A DNA stretch of 37,226 nt from Octopus bimaculoides (Eukaryota), in the NCBI RefSeq assembly GCF_001194135.2, contig NC_068993.1:52409030-52446255 (forward strand), written 5' to 3'. Below, piece after piece: positions 12,481-24,655 of the stretch. The notes under the pieces were generated by a model. That model ran no database searches and was not told the origin of the DNA. It worked only from the letters and a program-made list of their open reading frames with translations. The number at the start of each line of letters is the position of its first letter. The first letter of the stretch is position 1. Both the position numbers and the translations under genes were made by a program.

Positions 12481-14102
12481 ATGTACACGACATGAGTGCG
12501 GCCATGCCTAGACTCATTAAGCCACCTGTGACCACTCTCACTCCCCCGGCACACCTAAACCTTTAATCTCCTTACCCATGACCTCAGTCTTCTGACATTC
12601 CTTTGTAACTCTTGCTGATCAGAAATTTGTTTAATCCCCCCCCCACTGCCTCCCACCATTCCTTCTCTCAGCGCTAAAGAACAATGCCTCACTCAGATCC
12701 AGCATTAAAATTAGGATTTAAATTCTTAAATATTTTTATCGACCATGAACATTAAACTTACATTTTAATCCAATGGGGTCTCAATTCATACCCAGTAAAT
12801 AATTATAAAGCTTGAAATTTTTCTTATTTAGCCTTTATATTAATTGTGATGAAAAAAGGAGCTCAACCAGCATAGGTCAACGAGCTGCAAATTAAGGTCA
12901 NNNNNNNNNNNNNNNNNNNNNNNNNNNNNNNNNNNNNNNNNNNNNNNNNNNNNNNNNNNNNNNNNNNNNNNNNNNNNNNNNNNNNNNNNNNNNNNNNNNN
13001 NNNNNNNATTGTTTTTCAAGCTAAGTCCCATGTTTTGGAACCAATTGCCAAGGTGTGTCTGCGTGCATGTGTGTGTATATTTATGTTTGTGTGTGTGTAT
13101 TGTTGACATCATAAGAATTGGTAAACTTTTAAGAGAACATGTAATAAGTCTGTCTTGGAATTGGATGTCAAAGTACATAGAAAGCTATAACTAATAGCAT
13201 GTAAACGCTACACTGAAAAGAAATCCCGAACAGAAAAAGTCAAAGACAGCCCTTGACTTTTCTTGTCCAGGAGAGTTTTTTGACCCGATGTTTACAGGTC
13301 ATTATTTATTGCTTTATATGTACTTTGAGGTTCAAATATTATATATATATATATATATATATCACTAGTGATGCCCCAGTATGGCCACAGCCTTAGGGCT
13401 GAAACATATACAAGAATATGCATGCATACATACATACAAAGACATACATAGACATACACATGCATATGGGTGCATGTGCACACACAGTATCAAAGCTTTT
13501 AAAACTAGAACAGGGAGCAGTGTCTTGATACTCTATCGTACATTTGTAACATCATAACAATCTTATCACCAATAAAAATAAATAAATAAGAAACCAAATG
13601 AAAACCTAATCTACACAAGTCGTGCCAAATTGAAAACAGAAGTGACTCTATAAGGTCATTATTATTCAGGAATTTCTTAGTGGATTATTAGAAAACTGAA
13701 CTGAAATCACATCCTAACTCGTGGTGTTTGACTATTTATTTTTAGGTATGAAGTAAACATTAGGACGTGTAACAGAGATGTAGTTTATATATTTGTACAT
13801 TCTTTCATTCTTTCTGTTTTTTAATTTTTTTGTTTTTTCCGTGGGGTGGGGTTAGGGTTAGGGTTTTGTTAGAGAAGGAATGGCTTAACAATTTTCAGTA
13901 TTTCTGGAACTGAGGGGGGGGGGGAGGAAAAAGTTATCCTCAGAGCATAAACCTGGTTTAGATACATACCACAAAATTAGTTCTTCCAAATATACCCGAG
14001 AGTCACATTTTGGCATTAAACTGGACAATAGATTATGTCTGCTGCCCAAGAAAGGAATAGTTCCTCCAAGGCTTCTGTACAATTTCTGTCTTCAAAATTT
14101 AA

Positions 14103-14215
14103 CTCATATAGCTTTGGTCGATCTAAGATTACAGTAGAAGACACTTGCTGAAGGTCTTGTGTACAGAGATTCAGCCTGAAACCATAAAGTTACAAAGTTG
14201 TGTTCTTGAAACAGA
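14103..14215 (-). mobile_element. SINE family A head, degraded
   Basis: TACAGTAGAAGACACTTGCTGAAGG...CCTGAAACCAT is the reverse complement of the family A head. Confidence 0.6.
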
Positions 14216-14640
14216 ATTCATCATCATCATCACTTAATGTCCCTCTGCCATGTTGGTATGGTTTGGACCAGGGGCGTATATTCCAGGTGTGCTAAGTGTG
14301 TTCTGCATACCCATTGAAAATGGCAAATTCGTTATAAACATTAATCGTACTCATTAATTTTATCACAAATCTTAATGGAAAACTTTTGTTATACCCCTGT
14401 TTGAAATTTAGAGGCATTGGGTATGGCAGCACACCTCAATACAACAACCACCATGCACCACTGGTTTGGACAATTTAACAGGATCATACAAGTCAGAGGA
14501 CTGTGTCAGACTCCAGTCTCTGCCTTGGTATGGTTTCTATAGCTGGATGCCCCTCCCAACACCAACCACTTTACAGAATGTACTGGTTGCTTCTTTTCAT
14601 GGTGCCAGTGCTATTGAGGACACCAAGTAATTCACAAGAC
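14215..14640 (-). mobile_element. RTE-type 3' tail interrupted by a hAT MITE
   Basis: (CAT)n-TTAATGTCC..CCATGTTGGTATGGTTTGGAC...TTTCTATAGCTGGATGCCC matches the copies at 20762 and 31088. Confidence 0.75.
14269..14463. mobile_element. 195-bp hAT-type MITE with perfect 8-bp TSD
   Basis: TSD GTTTGGAC at 14261-14268 and 14464-14471. TIRs CAGGGGCGTAT / ATGCACCACTG (8/11). Subterminal IR TGCATACCCA / TGGGTATGGCA. Confidence 0.85.
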
Positions 14641-15419
14641 ATGACCCTTCAGCTGAGTGGAGGTGCTATATTGAAGGGGGTGTCTTTACATATGTTGAGA
14701 GGTTAAACTATGATAGAGAGACAGAAACCAGTACTGGTAGTGAAGTGTCAGGGCATACCCTCAAGGTACAAGAAGGTGAATATAAGAGAAAATAGGGACA
14801 GAATCAGAAAGGGCAGATGGGCAGGCAAGTTCATGGGAGTTTGACATGAGAGTGCCAGATGCTTAGAGATGGGCATAGAGCTGAGTGTAATGAGTGGGGA
14901 ATACCAGTGGAGGCATGGTCAATGGTGAATACCGTTTTTTTTTTTGTGGAGGGAACAGTGAAGGGAATAAAAGTGGGTCAGTGAGGAAGATGTGTTAGAT
15001 GGTAGATGGGCTGGATAGTAACAGTATAATAAAATTGTAGATAGATGAGAAAAAATGAGATGATGTGATGTGAGAGTAGGGATGAAAGATAGGAATGTAC
15101 AGTGACAGAGATGGAGGTCAGAGGTATGTAGGGATGGAAATAGTGAGTGACAAACAAAAGTGTAGGACGGTATCAACAGTAGATATGAAAGTGTGTTCAG
15201 AGGAAAGGAGGAGCATTCAGTGGAAAATAAAATAGTAAGGAATGATATTGAAAATGCAGGCTGCATGAGAAAAGGAAGTGGTTCCAAGGAGAGTGATGAC
15301 TGGTAACACAAAAGGGGAACTAAATATGTACAGTCCTACTCTTGAAGAAATAGAGCAGCTGAGTGAATAGCACTATAGTCAGAAGAGTGATGGAGAGAAT
15401 TAATAAATGAAAATAATTA

Positions 15420-15562
15420 GTTTCTAATTTAGGCACGAAGGAAGCAGTTTTGAGGGGAGGGGCTTAGTTGGTACTATCGACTCCAGTGCTTAACTGCTAC
15501 TTTATTGTATCAACCTAAAGGATTAAAGACGAAGTTAAACTTGGCAGAATTTAAACTCATTA
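15420..15562 (-). mobile_element. SINE family B, degraded
   Basis: AGGCACGAAGG..AGCAGTTTTGAGGGGAGGG...AAAGGATTAAAG...GGCAGAATTTAAACTCA. Confidence 0.7.
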
Positions 15563-16319
15563 AGGATTCACATGGATTGAGTATGTATGTGTAGATTTTG
15601 TTATTGAATAATAGTGTACACACACACACACACATACATACATGTTATTGACATCATTAGAATTTTATAAATTTTTCAGAGAACATGAAATACATCACAT
15701 ACAATTATAAAGAATAAAATGTAGATATGAAGTTGAAAAGGGTTTTCCAACCCAATATTCACAAGCTATAGTGTGTTTTGAAAACCATTATTCCAAAAAA
15801 GAGAGTTTTACACACACATGTATGCATGCACGTGCACATTATACATGAAGGAAAGTTTAAATCTGAGAAAGCTAAGGTAGATGTAGGTAGAAAAAAAACA
15901 AAAGATTTATTTGAAGCCTACAAAATATCTTCAAAATGGAATTACAAGGAAAGACAGAAAGACAAAGTGAAAGACTGAAGTCACTCTTGAAGAAGCAGGA
16001 AGTTTTTAAAGATTGAAATGAAAGATTTCAAAAAATCATATGAAGTATTATAAGATAAAAAAAAATGAATATATTGCCAACAAATATTCTGATTATTATT
16101 CCAACTTTAAAGAGATGTGAGAGATAAGTTTTCTGTTTTCTTTACTGTGTGTAATCTATAAGTTCAGATTTTGAAATAGCTTTAGGGTATTGTAGATATA
16201 CAAATCTATAATTTCTCTTTTTGAAGTTTTATAAAGAAAATATTGATTACAACTTGAAAACTCCCTAACTCACCAAACAGAGCTTTGGTTCCTTTTGGCA
16301 GATTTTTCCAATGTTGCCC

Positions 16320-16500
16320 TTTAACCCCCTGGTCAGTTCTGATTGAGTAAACTTATGGTCAAAAGTATTCATGTTGTGACTTTTGTGTTTTTATCAAGGC
16401 TTCTTAGTAGGACTATATTGTATTATGTGTCGTTTCCATTTTTCAGACACTTAATTGTGATTTGAAGGAGATTTGGTTATTGTTTCTAACAAGTCAAGCA
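16320..16500 (-). repeat. Dispersed repeat, inverted relative to the copy at 19840-20030
   Basis: CCCCTGGTCAGTTCTGATTGAGTAAACTTATGGTCAAAAG...GAAGGAGATTTGGTTATTGTTTCTAACAAGTC is the diverged reverse complement of GACTTGCTAGAAACAGCAGCCAAGTCTCC...CTTTGATCATAGGTCTGCTCAGTTAAAGCTGACCTGGGG. Confidence 0.7.
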
Positions 16501-16544
16501 ACCATTTTCTGAAGTTAATTTTGAAGAAGTTCACTATATCGTTT

Positions 16545-16946
16545 ATCTTTAACTTGTTTCAGTCATTGGACCATGGCCATGCTAGGACAATGCTATGACA
16601 AGTTTAGTCAAGCAAATCATTCCCAGTATTTATTTTTTAATTCTGGCACTTATTCTGCCGGTCTCTCTTACTAAACCACTAAGTTATGGAGACTTCAATG
16701 AACCAACACCAGTTATCATTCGGTGGGGGTGACAGCCAACACAGACATGAAGACACACACACACATACATATACATGATGGGCTCTTCTGTTGTAAACAA
16801 CAGATGAGAATTCCACAGCTTCTTGCTAAACAAAGGGCACTTATAAACCTGAGGTTATTGTAGAAGACACTTTCCCAAGGTGTCATACAATGAGACTGAA
16901 CCTAAAACCACCTGGTTGCCAAGCAAGCTTCCTAACCACACGGCTC
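16545..16946 (-). mobile_element. SINE family A, near full length with internal (CA)n
   Basis: Head GAGCCGTGTGGTTAGGAAGCTTGCTTGGC...TAGGTTCAGTCTCA; tail GCATGGCCATGGTCCAATGACTGAAACAAGT. Confidence 0.8.
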
Positions 16947-17004
16947 ACTTAGAATTTGAATTCTTTTTCATAACTAGTACAACAAATGCTCAATTATATA
17001 TAGT

Positions 17005-17672
17005 TTGTGGGATGAGGATAGCTGCGTGAAAAAGTGCCACACCCTAACAGTTGAGGGAACCCGTGGAAGAGGTAGGCCCAGGAAGACCTGGGCTGAGGTG
17101 GTGAGGCAAGACCTTCGTACATTGGGCCTCACCGAGGCAATGACTACTGACCGAGACCTTTGGAAATGTGCTGTGCATGAGAAGACCCGGCAAGCCAAGT
17201 AAGATCGTTGCCAGTGCCCCTGGACTGGTTCTTGTGCGGGTGGCACATGAGATGCACCATTTTGAGCGTGGCCGTTGCCAGTACCGCCTGACTGGCTCCC
17301 GTAGGATTTTCGAGCGAGATCGTTGCCAGTGCCCCTGGACTGGCTTGTGCGGGNNNNNNNNNNNNNNNNNNNNNNNNNNNNNNNNNNNNNNNNNNNNNNN
17401 NNNNNNNNNNNNNNNNNNNNNNNNNNNNNNNNNNNNNNNNNNNNGGCACATAAAAGACACCATTTCGAGCGTGGCCATTTTCGTGCGGGTGACACGTAAA
17501 AGCACCCACGACACTCTCTGAGTGGTTGGCGTTAGGAAGGGCATCCAGCTGTAGAAACTCTGCCAAATTAGACTGGAGCCTGGTGTTGCCATCCGGTTTC
17601 ACCAGTCCTCAGTCAAATCGTCCAACCCATGCTAGCATGGAAAGCGGACGTTAAACGATGATGATGATGATG
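17005..17672 (+). mobile_element. 5'-truncated RTE-clade LINE: ORF C-terminus, 3'UTR and (GAT)n tail
   Basis: ORF 17005-17202 encodes EGTRGRGRPRKTWAEVVRQDL...DRDLW, the typical RTE C-terminus. 3'UTR has internal repeats and ends GGACGTTAAACGATGATGATGATG. CpG-rich, so relatively young. Confidence 0.9.
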
Positions 17673-17815
17673 TGGCATAAAAAGTCCGTAAAAAAAAAAT
17701 CCAAATCTAATACGATAAAATAATAATGACTGATTTTTGTCTATAAAGCTATAACCCTTTCCATTTGTATTGCTCATGATATCAGTTATTACTATAGATT
17801 TTAGAATTCCAGTTA

Positions 17816-17861
<46 letters not shown>

Positions 17862-18214
17862 CAGTTAACCCTTTCATTAACTACGTGAAGTGGCTCCTTC
17901 ATTATAGCTATTTTAATGATCAGTAGCTATTAGTAAATATATTAGTAATGCTACCTAAATTCTTCATAGTACTGCTATTGTTGCTATTTATAATTAAGAT
18001 CAGATTAAATGTGTATTAATACATACATTAGATACAAAATACAGCATTATTTTCAAAGATCTGTTATTGTGATGAAGACTTTCTCTTTTCATGGACCAGA
18101 ATGTTCTTGTCCAATGTTATAGTAAAATGTCAAATTGAGTCATTTTATGATTCCCACTTCTTTTCTTTACATCCCTTTATATCAATTCATCATTCTGATA
18201 CATATTCCTTTTTG

Positions 18215-18420
18215 CTATAAGCACAAGGCCTGAAATTTTGTGGGAGGGGGTAAGTCAATAACATTGACCCTGGTGTTTGACCAGTACTTATTTTATTGAC
18301 CCTGAAAGGATGAAAGGCAAAGTCAACCTTGGTGGAATTTGAACTCAGAATGTAAAGATGAGCAAAATGCTACTAAGCATTTTGGGCAAGTGTTGTAATG
18401 ATTGTTCCAGCTCACCGCTT
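18215..18420 (-). mobile_element. SINE family B
   Basis: ATAAGCACAAGGCCTGAAATTTTG...GTACTTATTTTATTGACCCTGAAAGGATGAAAGGCAAAGTCAACCTTGGTGGAATTTGAACTCAGAA. Confidence 0.85.
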
Positions 18421-18849
18421 TACCACTCTGATACACGATAAATACAAATTGAGCTACCTATTGTTTCTTTTACACAATGTTGTTCATCACTTACCAATTT
18501 GATATTGTTTTGGAAGTTTACAGATGTTATTATTCATCCTAATTTTAAGGTTGTGATCTTGCAGAACCAGTAGCTTGTTGTTAAAAAAATTGCTTAACAG
18601 TTTTTCTTGTGTGAGTTCTGATCCCACTGAGATAATTCGCAAAGGCACCAAACTGGCAGAATTGTTGACACACCAGCATTTGCAGCATTTTATCTGTCTT
18701 TGCATTTGTCTGTAATCAACTTAATCCCATCCCTGAAGTTGCTGGCCTTACAACAAAATTTGTAACCTTTATTAGATAATTTGCAATTAGTCTAAATGGG
18801 TATTTATATGCCTCTGGCACAAGATTAATAGCTGAGGGCCTTCGTCAGA

Positions 18850-19135
18850 GCCTCTCAGACCAGAGAAGCCAGTGTGGTTAGTGTCCCTTGAATAATTGCA
18901 AGTTAAAGACTACAATTACAATATCATGAGTAGGAAAAGAATTCCAGAGAACTGACTTTCAGAGAAAGAAATCCAGGGTATAGTGATTTGTACTGGGTTG
19001 TCAGTGGGGACATGTTACAAGTAATGAGAGGAAGGAGGCAAGTGAAACGAGAGCATCTGAACTGGGGTAGCACAAAACATGTTAGCTTTGAGGAACAGAG
19101 GCCATCGTAGTAGCAGTAGAAAAGCTAGAGAGAGA
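18850..19135 (-). mobile_element. CR1/L2-group (Crack/Daphne-like) LINE C-terminal relic
   Basis: Minus strand from 19124 reads LFYCYYDGLCSSKLTCFVLPQFRCSRFT, matching the LFYRYY.G.CS.EL...P motif. Degraded downstream. Confidence 0.65.
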
Positions 19136-19620
19136 GAGAGGATACAGCATGTCCGTGTGTTGAGTATTCTGGAGTCAAATAGTATATGTTGATACTTTGT
19201 TATTTTCTTATTAATTAATTATTTTGTCAGTAGGTTAATTAGTTTAATGTAAAGAAATAAAAATTGCAAAAAATCGTAATAAAAGAAAATAAATCAATAA
19301 TATCAGTTTTCTGAAAGATGTTTAAGCTAACAAATATTTCACAGTTTCCTCCTGCTGACAGTAAATCTAATCTATAGAAAAAGTGTGCATTAAACTGGTT
19401 CTAAAACTGTTATAGTCATGTTCTTTTTGTAACCCAGACATGCAGAAGCAATCTGTTTCCAGGGATGTCTGCATCTACATGCACATGCAGACAAGCATGT
19501 GCATACACACATGCAGATATATAGACTCAAACATTTATGAGTTCATCTAATTTATACATTCAAAAAAATTATAAATTCTTGCATAAATTGAATAAACACA
19601 ATCACTTATACACATACTTC

Positions 19621-19655
<35 letters not shown>

Positions 19656-19672
19656 CATTTACAGTGTCACAG

Positions 19673-19721
<49 letters not shown>

Positions 19722-19839
19722 TCATAGTGCAAAAAATGCAGTTGCAGAAAACGTTAATGTGGTACAAAAGGAGTTCCAGAAGGATGAAATTCTGAGTAAA
19801 AAGGATTGCTCAGCTGAGTGTGTAGTTAGGAGATGAGTT

Positions 19840-20030
19840 GCAATGGACTTGCTAGAAACAGCAGCCAAGTCTCCTTTATATCATACTCCAGGCTATCTTA
19901 AGAAAAGGATGCATTGGTTAATGTAATTGTGGACTCTCTATGCATAAAAAAGAAAGATGATCACAAGTGCAACACCTTTGATCATAGGTCTGCTCAGTTA
20001 AAGCTGACCTGGGGTTAAACAACAAGAGCA
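19840..20030 (+). repeat. Dispersed repeat (same family as 16320-16500)
   Basis: See the 16320 copy. Confidence 0.7.
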
Positions 20031-20221
20031 GCAGTAGAGAAGATAAAGAGAGGTGAAGCGAATTAGGTAGGATTGGGTGGCACTGGTGGTGTTGGTGGTG
20101 CTGATGGTGGTAGTGGCAACAGTAGTGGTAGTTGGTGTTGTTGTTTTTGTTGTTGTTGTTGGTGGTGGTGATGGCAGTGGCAGTAGTGGTATGCAGTTTG
20201 TCATTTTATAGGTGCAGAAGA

Positions 20222-20222
20222 C

Positions 20223-20289
<67 letters not shown>

Positions 20290-20302
20290 CAGTAGTAGTA
20301 GT
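20222..20302. repeat. (TAG)n microsatellite, preceded by GGT/GTT-rich low complexity
   Basis: Direct. Confidence 0.95.
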
Positions 20303-20466
20303 AAAGACAAGGCAAAGAAGCATCATGTTTTTGGTTTTGTAGATGCTGTATATTGGTGAATCATTCTTTTACCTTTCAGCTAGATGCTTTTTTCCAATCA
20401 GCTGTCAGTGTGCAGTTTTTGACCAATCATAAATTTTGTGAGTGATACTCAAATGTCGGTATGTAA

Positions 20467-20755
20467 CTACAGGTCAGTCTGAAATGTGTGAGCTGTACTG
20501 TATTGGCTGTATATAGCTACAGGTCAGTCCTGAATATGTAAATAGTACTCTACTGTCTGTATATTGCTACAGGTCTGACCTAGATATGTGTGGAACTCTA
20601 TTGCCTATGTGTAGCTATAGATCAGTCTTAGATTCCTTGAGCAGTACTCTGCTATGTGTATCTAGCTAAAGGTTAGTCCCAAATATTTGAGCTGTACTCT
20701 ACTGACTGCATATAGCTAAAACTCAGTCTCAGATATTTGAGCAGTACTCAACTAT
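20467..20755. repeat. Degenerate ~50-bp minisatellite, ~6 copies
   Basis: Units start CTACAGGTCAGTC at 20467 and 20517 and continue with 48-51 bp spacing. Rough consensus CTACAGGTCAGTCYYAGATATKTGAGCWGTACTCTACTGNCTGTATATAG. Confidence 0.85.
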
Positions 20756-20761
20756 CGGTTA

Positions 20762-21000
20762 TCGTCATCATCATCATCATTTAGTGTCTGCTTTCCATGC
20801 TGGCATGGGTTAGATGGTTTGAATGAAACTAGTAAGCTGGAGAGCTGCACCGGCTTCTAATCTGATTTGGCATGGTTTCTATGACTGGATGCCCTTCCTA
20901 ATGCCAACCACTCCAAGAATGTAGTGGGTGCTTTTTACATGCCACCAATGTAAGTACTAGTTATATGACATTGGCATCGGCCACATCTATGATTTCATTT
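20762..21000 (-). mobile_element. RTE-type 3' tail
   Basis: (CAT)n-TTTAGTGTCTGCTTTCCATGCTGGCATGGGTT...GGATGCCCTTCCTAATGCCAACCAC is the reverse complement of 17500-17672. Confidence 0.85.
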
Positions 21001-21299
21001 GGCTTGATGAGTCTTTTCTAAAAAATTAGTAAGTGACCAATGCTGAAGTATTTTGTGACCTTGAAGAGAAAACATAATCTTTTATATGTATATATGAGCA
21101 GAGTTAATGTACTGAGGTGTGTACATGTATGTATCCATGTATTTATTTACATTTGTGCTTCTCTGGAAACTTGCTCAGATATAGACTATGATGTTGGTAT
21201 CATTTTCCTTGTCTGTGGATCATCTGCTGGTTGTAATTCTTCAAAGATATATAGAATAAGATATCCCTTAATTGAAGAGGGGTAAAAAAACGTGTAAGG

Positions 21300-23100
21300 G
21301 TTTGAGACAGGAAAGTGATCTGATATATTTCAGGATTTGATTAATATAGGGTTATATTTGATAACACAAACTAGTCTAGTATTGGTAATACATCTTCCTC
21401 CAAATTGACCTAGGGAATAGATTTGTAAGTAATATTCTCTAATGTTATCTGGATAAGCATTTCTTGACTGGGTTCTCCAGGACACTAAACTTTCTTGAGA
21501 GGCTGTTAAGGGTTCCATAAGAGATAGTAATAAATATGCTAATTATATAATCATATGCATTTTCTGTTCATTTCATTTAATTCTATATTTGTAATTTTGT
21601 TATACATGCATGGCATATTCCCTAAGGTAAGGAAATTCTGTCATCTCTTGGTTTTAAGGAGATCCTACAGGAAAATTTGTTGAGAAATTTGGTCTAAACA
21701 AAGTATTGTTAAAATGAAATTTCTTAAGCCTTCTGAAAGGTTTAACACTGTCAAAGCTTACGAAGACAGTTTTCTGATTTGTTTAATCTTTTATGAAGTT
21801 TAATCTAATGAGAGAGAAGGAAGAAGATTAATAAAGATATATAATAATTTTAATGTAAGATTTCTTTGTGACATGGAATATATTCAAGGCTTCCCCAAGA
21901 GTAAAATGGTTGGGAAACACAGATGTTGACAGTGATTTTATCACTGAACTGTTGCCCAATCTTTAAATCTGTTCTAATAGTGTATAATCAATTGTTTATT
22001 GATAATCTCCCTAAATCTTTTTGATGTATTGTCTTCAGAATTGCATATGGATCTCACAGTTAAGGATACAGACTTTCTTTAGGAGGAAGAAGCAATTGTC
22101 TCAAATGGCTTTAGTAATTTGATCTTAAAACATAGAATTCCAAAACAGAGAATTCCTTCCAGGAAACATTTATTTTATCTAACAAATTCTATGGAAATGT
22201 TTATAAGCACCTTTCTAGATGAAACTGAATCGCTAATTCTTAGCATACAGTTCTTCTAGCTAATACTTGACCACATTCAGAAATATCTGATTTAAATACT
22301 ATATTATTTCATGATTCAAGTTCTATAAGTCTACAGATTCTTGTTGTCTCCCTCATACTTGATGTGTGCTTCATCAGCAAGCAATCTTTTGGAAATATCT
22401 TAAAACCATTTTAAAAATAACATAATTACAGACTTAGAAAAAGCATACCCAAGTACTTTAAGTACTGTGTCACCTTTTTTTATCCTATACATTTTCAGTT
22501 ATCAAAAGTGATAGCTTTTTGTTTCTCTCGTTGAGGAAAAAAATACATGACTATTTTTATTTCAGATTGTCTAGCTGTTTGTTAAAGAGGTACCATTCTA
22601 TTTTTTTAAGTTAGTCTTCTTATCAAGTAAAAGATTTCTCTTGCGACAACTTAACATGAAGAAAGCCAGAGATAATTATCTTTGTAGCTCATGAAAGAAT
22701 TAATTTCTATGTAACTCAAGAATATTGATTATCTGACAAGCCTCTCTCTCTATAAAAGATATGATGATTGTCATTCTATTTTCAATTTAAATGAATTTTA
22801 TGAACTCATTCTGTGACTCTCCCCTGGAAATATGAATGGCACTTAGCCATATAACAGTAACCACTGGCTCCATTCCACTGGTGAGAATAAATGTCTGGAC
22901 AATTGTTTGATGGTTTATGGCTTAAAAACTGCACCTGGTACTTCTTCATGACATTTTATCAGATGAAGCGAGACAGTCATTTGAAGAAATCTGTCCTTTA
23001 TTCACTTAAATGCAACAATTTGGAAAGGTCTTTCTAGAAATTTTATCACATCTTTTTTATACATTTCCAAATCATTTTGTCTTGAGCAAATCCACACCAC
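21300..23100 (-). mobile_element. Possible highly degraded L1/Tx1-like LINE RT relic
   Basis: Minus-strand fragments in RT-like order: ISRG, YKDN (YADD-like), NKNSHVF, LKYLG (22447-22461). Many stops and weak matches. Confidence 0.3.
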
Positions 23101-24097
23101 TTTAAATTTCTTCTTTCCTAAGACAGAAAATTTTCATTTATATATAAAAAAAAAGAAATTTTTTTTTTCCTTCTCATCAAAATTACTTTTGAATGATTTT
23201 CAGACTCAATGTGAGACAATCTTATCAGGCTATGGGTTTAACAACACTTCCTTATGGAAAAAAAAAAGAAAATTGTAAACATCAATACAAGAAATACTCA
23301 ATTATATCTAAAAAAAAAGAAAAAAAACATGAATATCAATAAGAATCTTAGATTTTCTCATATGATTACTTCTAAAAGTTTTCAACATTTTCCTGAAAAA
23401 AAAAATGAATTTAGAAGGAAGAAAAAAAAGAAGAGAACTATCTATTTATCAAACAATTTTCACCATTTTGAAGGGAAAGGAAAAAAATACATTAATAATA
23501 AACATTCTTTTGAAAAATTAAGACCGTTTTTTCCTTTCGGAAATCACCATACCAATCATCATCATCATCATCTTTAATGTTTTCATAGATTNNNNNNNNN
23601 NNNNNNNNNNNNNNNNNNNNNNNNNNNNNNNNNNNNNNNNNNNNNNNNNNNNNNNNNNNNNNNNNNNNNNNNNNNNNNNNNNNNNNNNNNNNNNNNNNNN
23701 NNNNNNNNNNNNNNNNNNNNNNNNNNNNNNNNNNNNNNNNNNNNNNNNNNNNNNNNNNNNNNNNNNNNNNNNNNNNNNNNNNNNNNNNNNNNNNNNNNNN
23801 NNNNNNNNNNNNNNNNNNNNNNNNNNNNNNNNNNNNNNNNNNNNNNNNNNNNNNNNNNNNNNNNNNNNNNNNNNNNNNNNNNNNNNNNNNNNNNNNNNNN
23901 NNNNNNNNNNNNNNNNNNNNNNNNNNNNNNNNNNNNNNNNNNNNNNNNNNNNNNNNNNNNNNNNNNNNNNNNNNNNNNNNNNNNNNNNNNNNNNNNNNNN
24001 NNNNNNNNNNNNNNNNNNNNNNNNNNNNNNATGTCCTTCATTTTTATTAAACAGTTCAATAAATTTTGAGAATAAAATATTAACCTTAATCAAATAT

Positions 24098-24145
<48 letters not shown>

Positions 24146-24159
24146 CGATGATGATGATG

Positions 24160-24380
24160 ATAGCCCTTTCTACTATAGGCACAAAGCCTGAAATCTGGTG
24201 AAGGGAGGCTAGTTGATTACATTAACTCCAATACTCAACTGGTACTTATTTTATCGACCCCGAAAGGATGAAAGGTAAAGTCGACCTCAGCGGAATTTGA
24301 ACTCAGAACATAAAGATGGACAAAATACTGCTAACCATTTGCCCAGTGTGCTAATGATTCTGCCAACTTGCAGCCTTGCA
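24160..24380 (-). mobile_element. SINE family B, near full length
   Basis: Minus strand TGGCAGAATCATTAGCAC...GAGTTCAAATTCCGCTGAGGTCGACTTTACCTTTCATCCTTTCGGGGTCGATAAAATAAGTACCAG. Confidence 0.88.
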
Positions 24381-24399
24381 AAAAAAAGGGGGGGGGGCG

Positions 24400-24640
24400 G
24401 GGCACAAAGCCTGAAATTTGAGAGGTGGGGCCTAGTCAATTACATTGACCCCCAATGTATATACATTAAGAATGACACATTTTAATAATGATTTCAAATT
24501 TTGGCACAAGGTCAGCAATTTCAGGGGAGGGGTTGACAAGTCGATTAGATCGATCCTAGTGCTCAGCTGGTACTTATTTCATCAACCCTAAAAGTCTGAT
24601 CGATCACAATGCCAGCAATTTCACGGGGAGGAGATAAGTC
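24400..24640 (-). mobile_element. Three additional truncated family B SINE tails
   Basis: Repeated GGCACAA..CCTGAAATTTG/GCCAGCAATTTCA.GGGGAGG...AGTC segments near 24400, 24502 and 24611. Confidence 0.65.
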
Positions 24641-24655
24641 ATACATATATAGTGT

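Noticed and set aside
11691-12554. Functional or domesticated GTF2IRD2-like gene
   Set aside because: No catalytic N-terminal half, a frameshift, an internal stop, and the conserved W replaced in EFGKQ.
12771-12900. CAATGGGGTCTCAA as the missing second hAT TIR
   Set aside because: Same orientation as the 10829 terminus, no matching TSD, and cut by a gap.
13851-13866. TTAGGG telomere-like repeats
   Set aside because: Only two units; expected by chance.
14680-15310. Purine-rich stretch and 130-aa minus-strand ORF
   Set aside because: Low-complexity composition with no identifiable motif; probably an old TE that cannot be assigned.
20467-20755. Repeat array as a possible CRISPR
   Set aside because: Eukaryotic context, no unique spacers and no cas genes; the whole unit is repeated.
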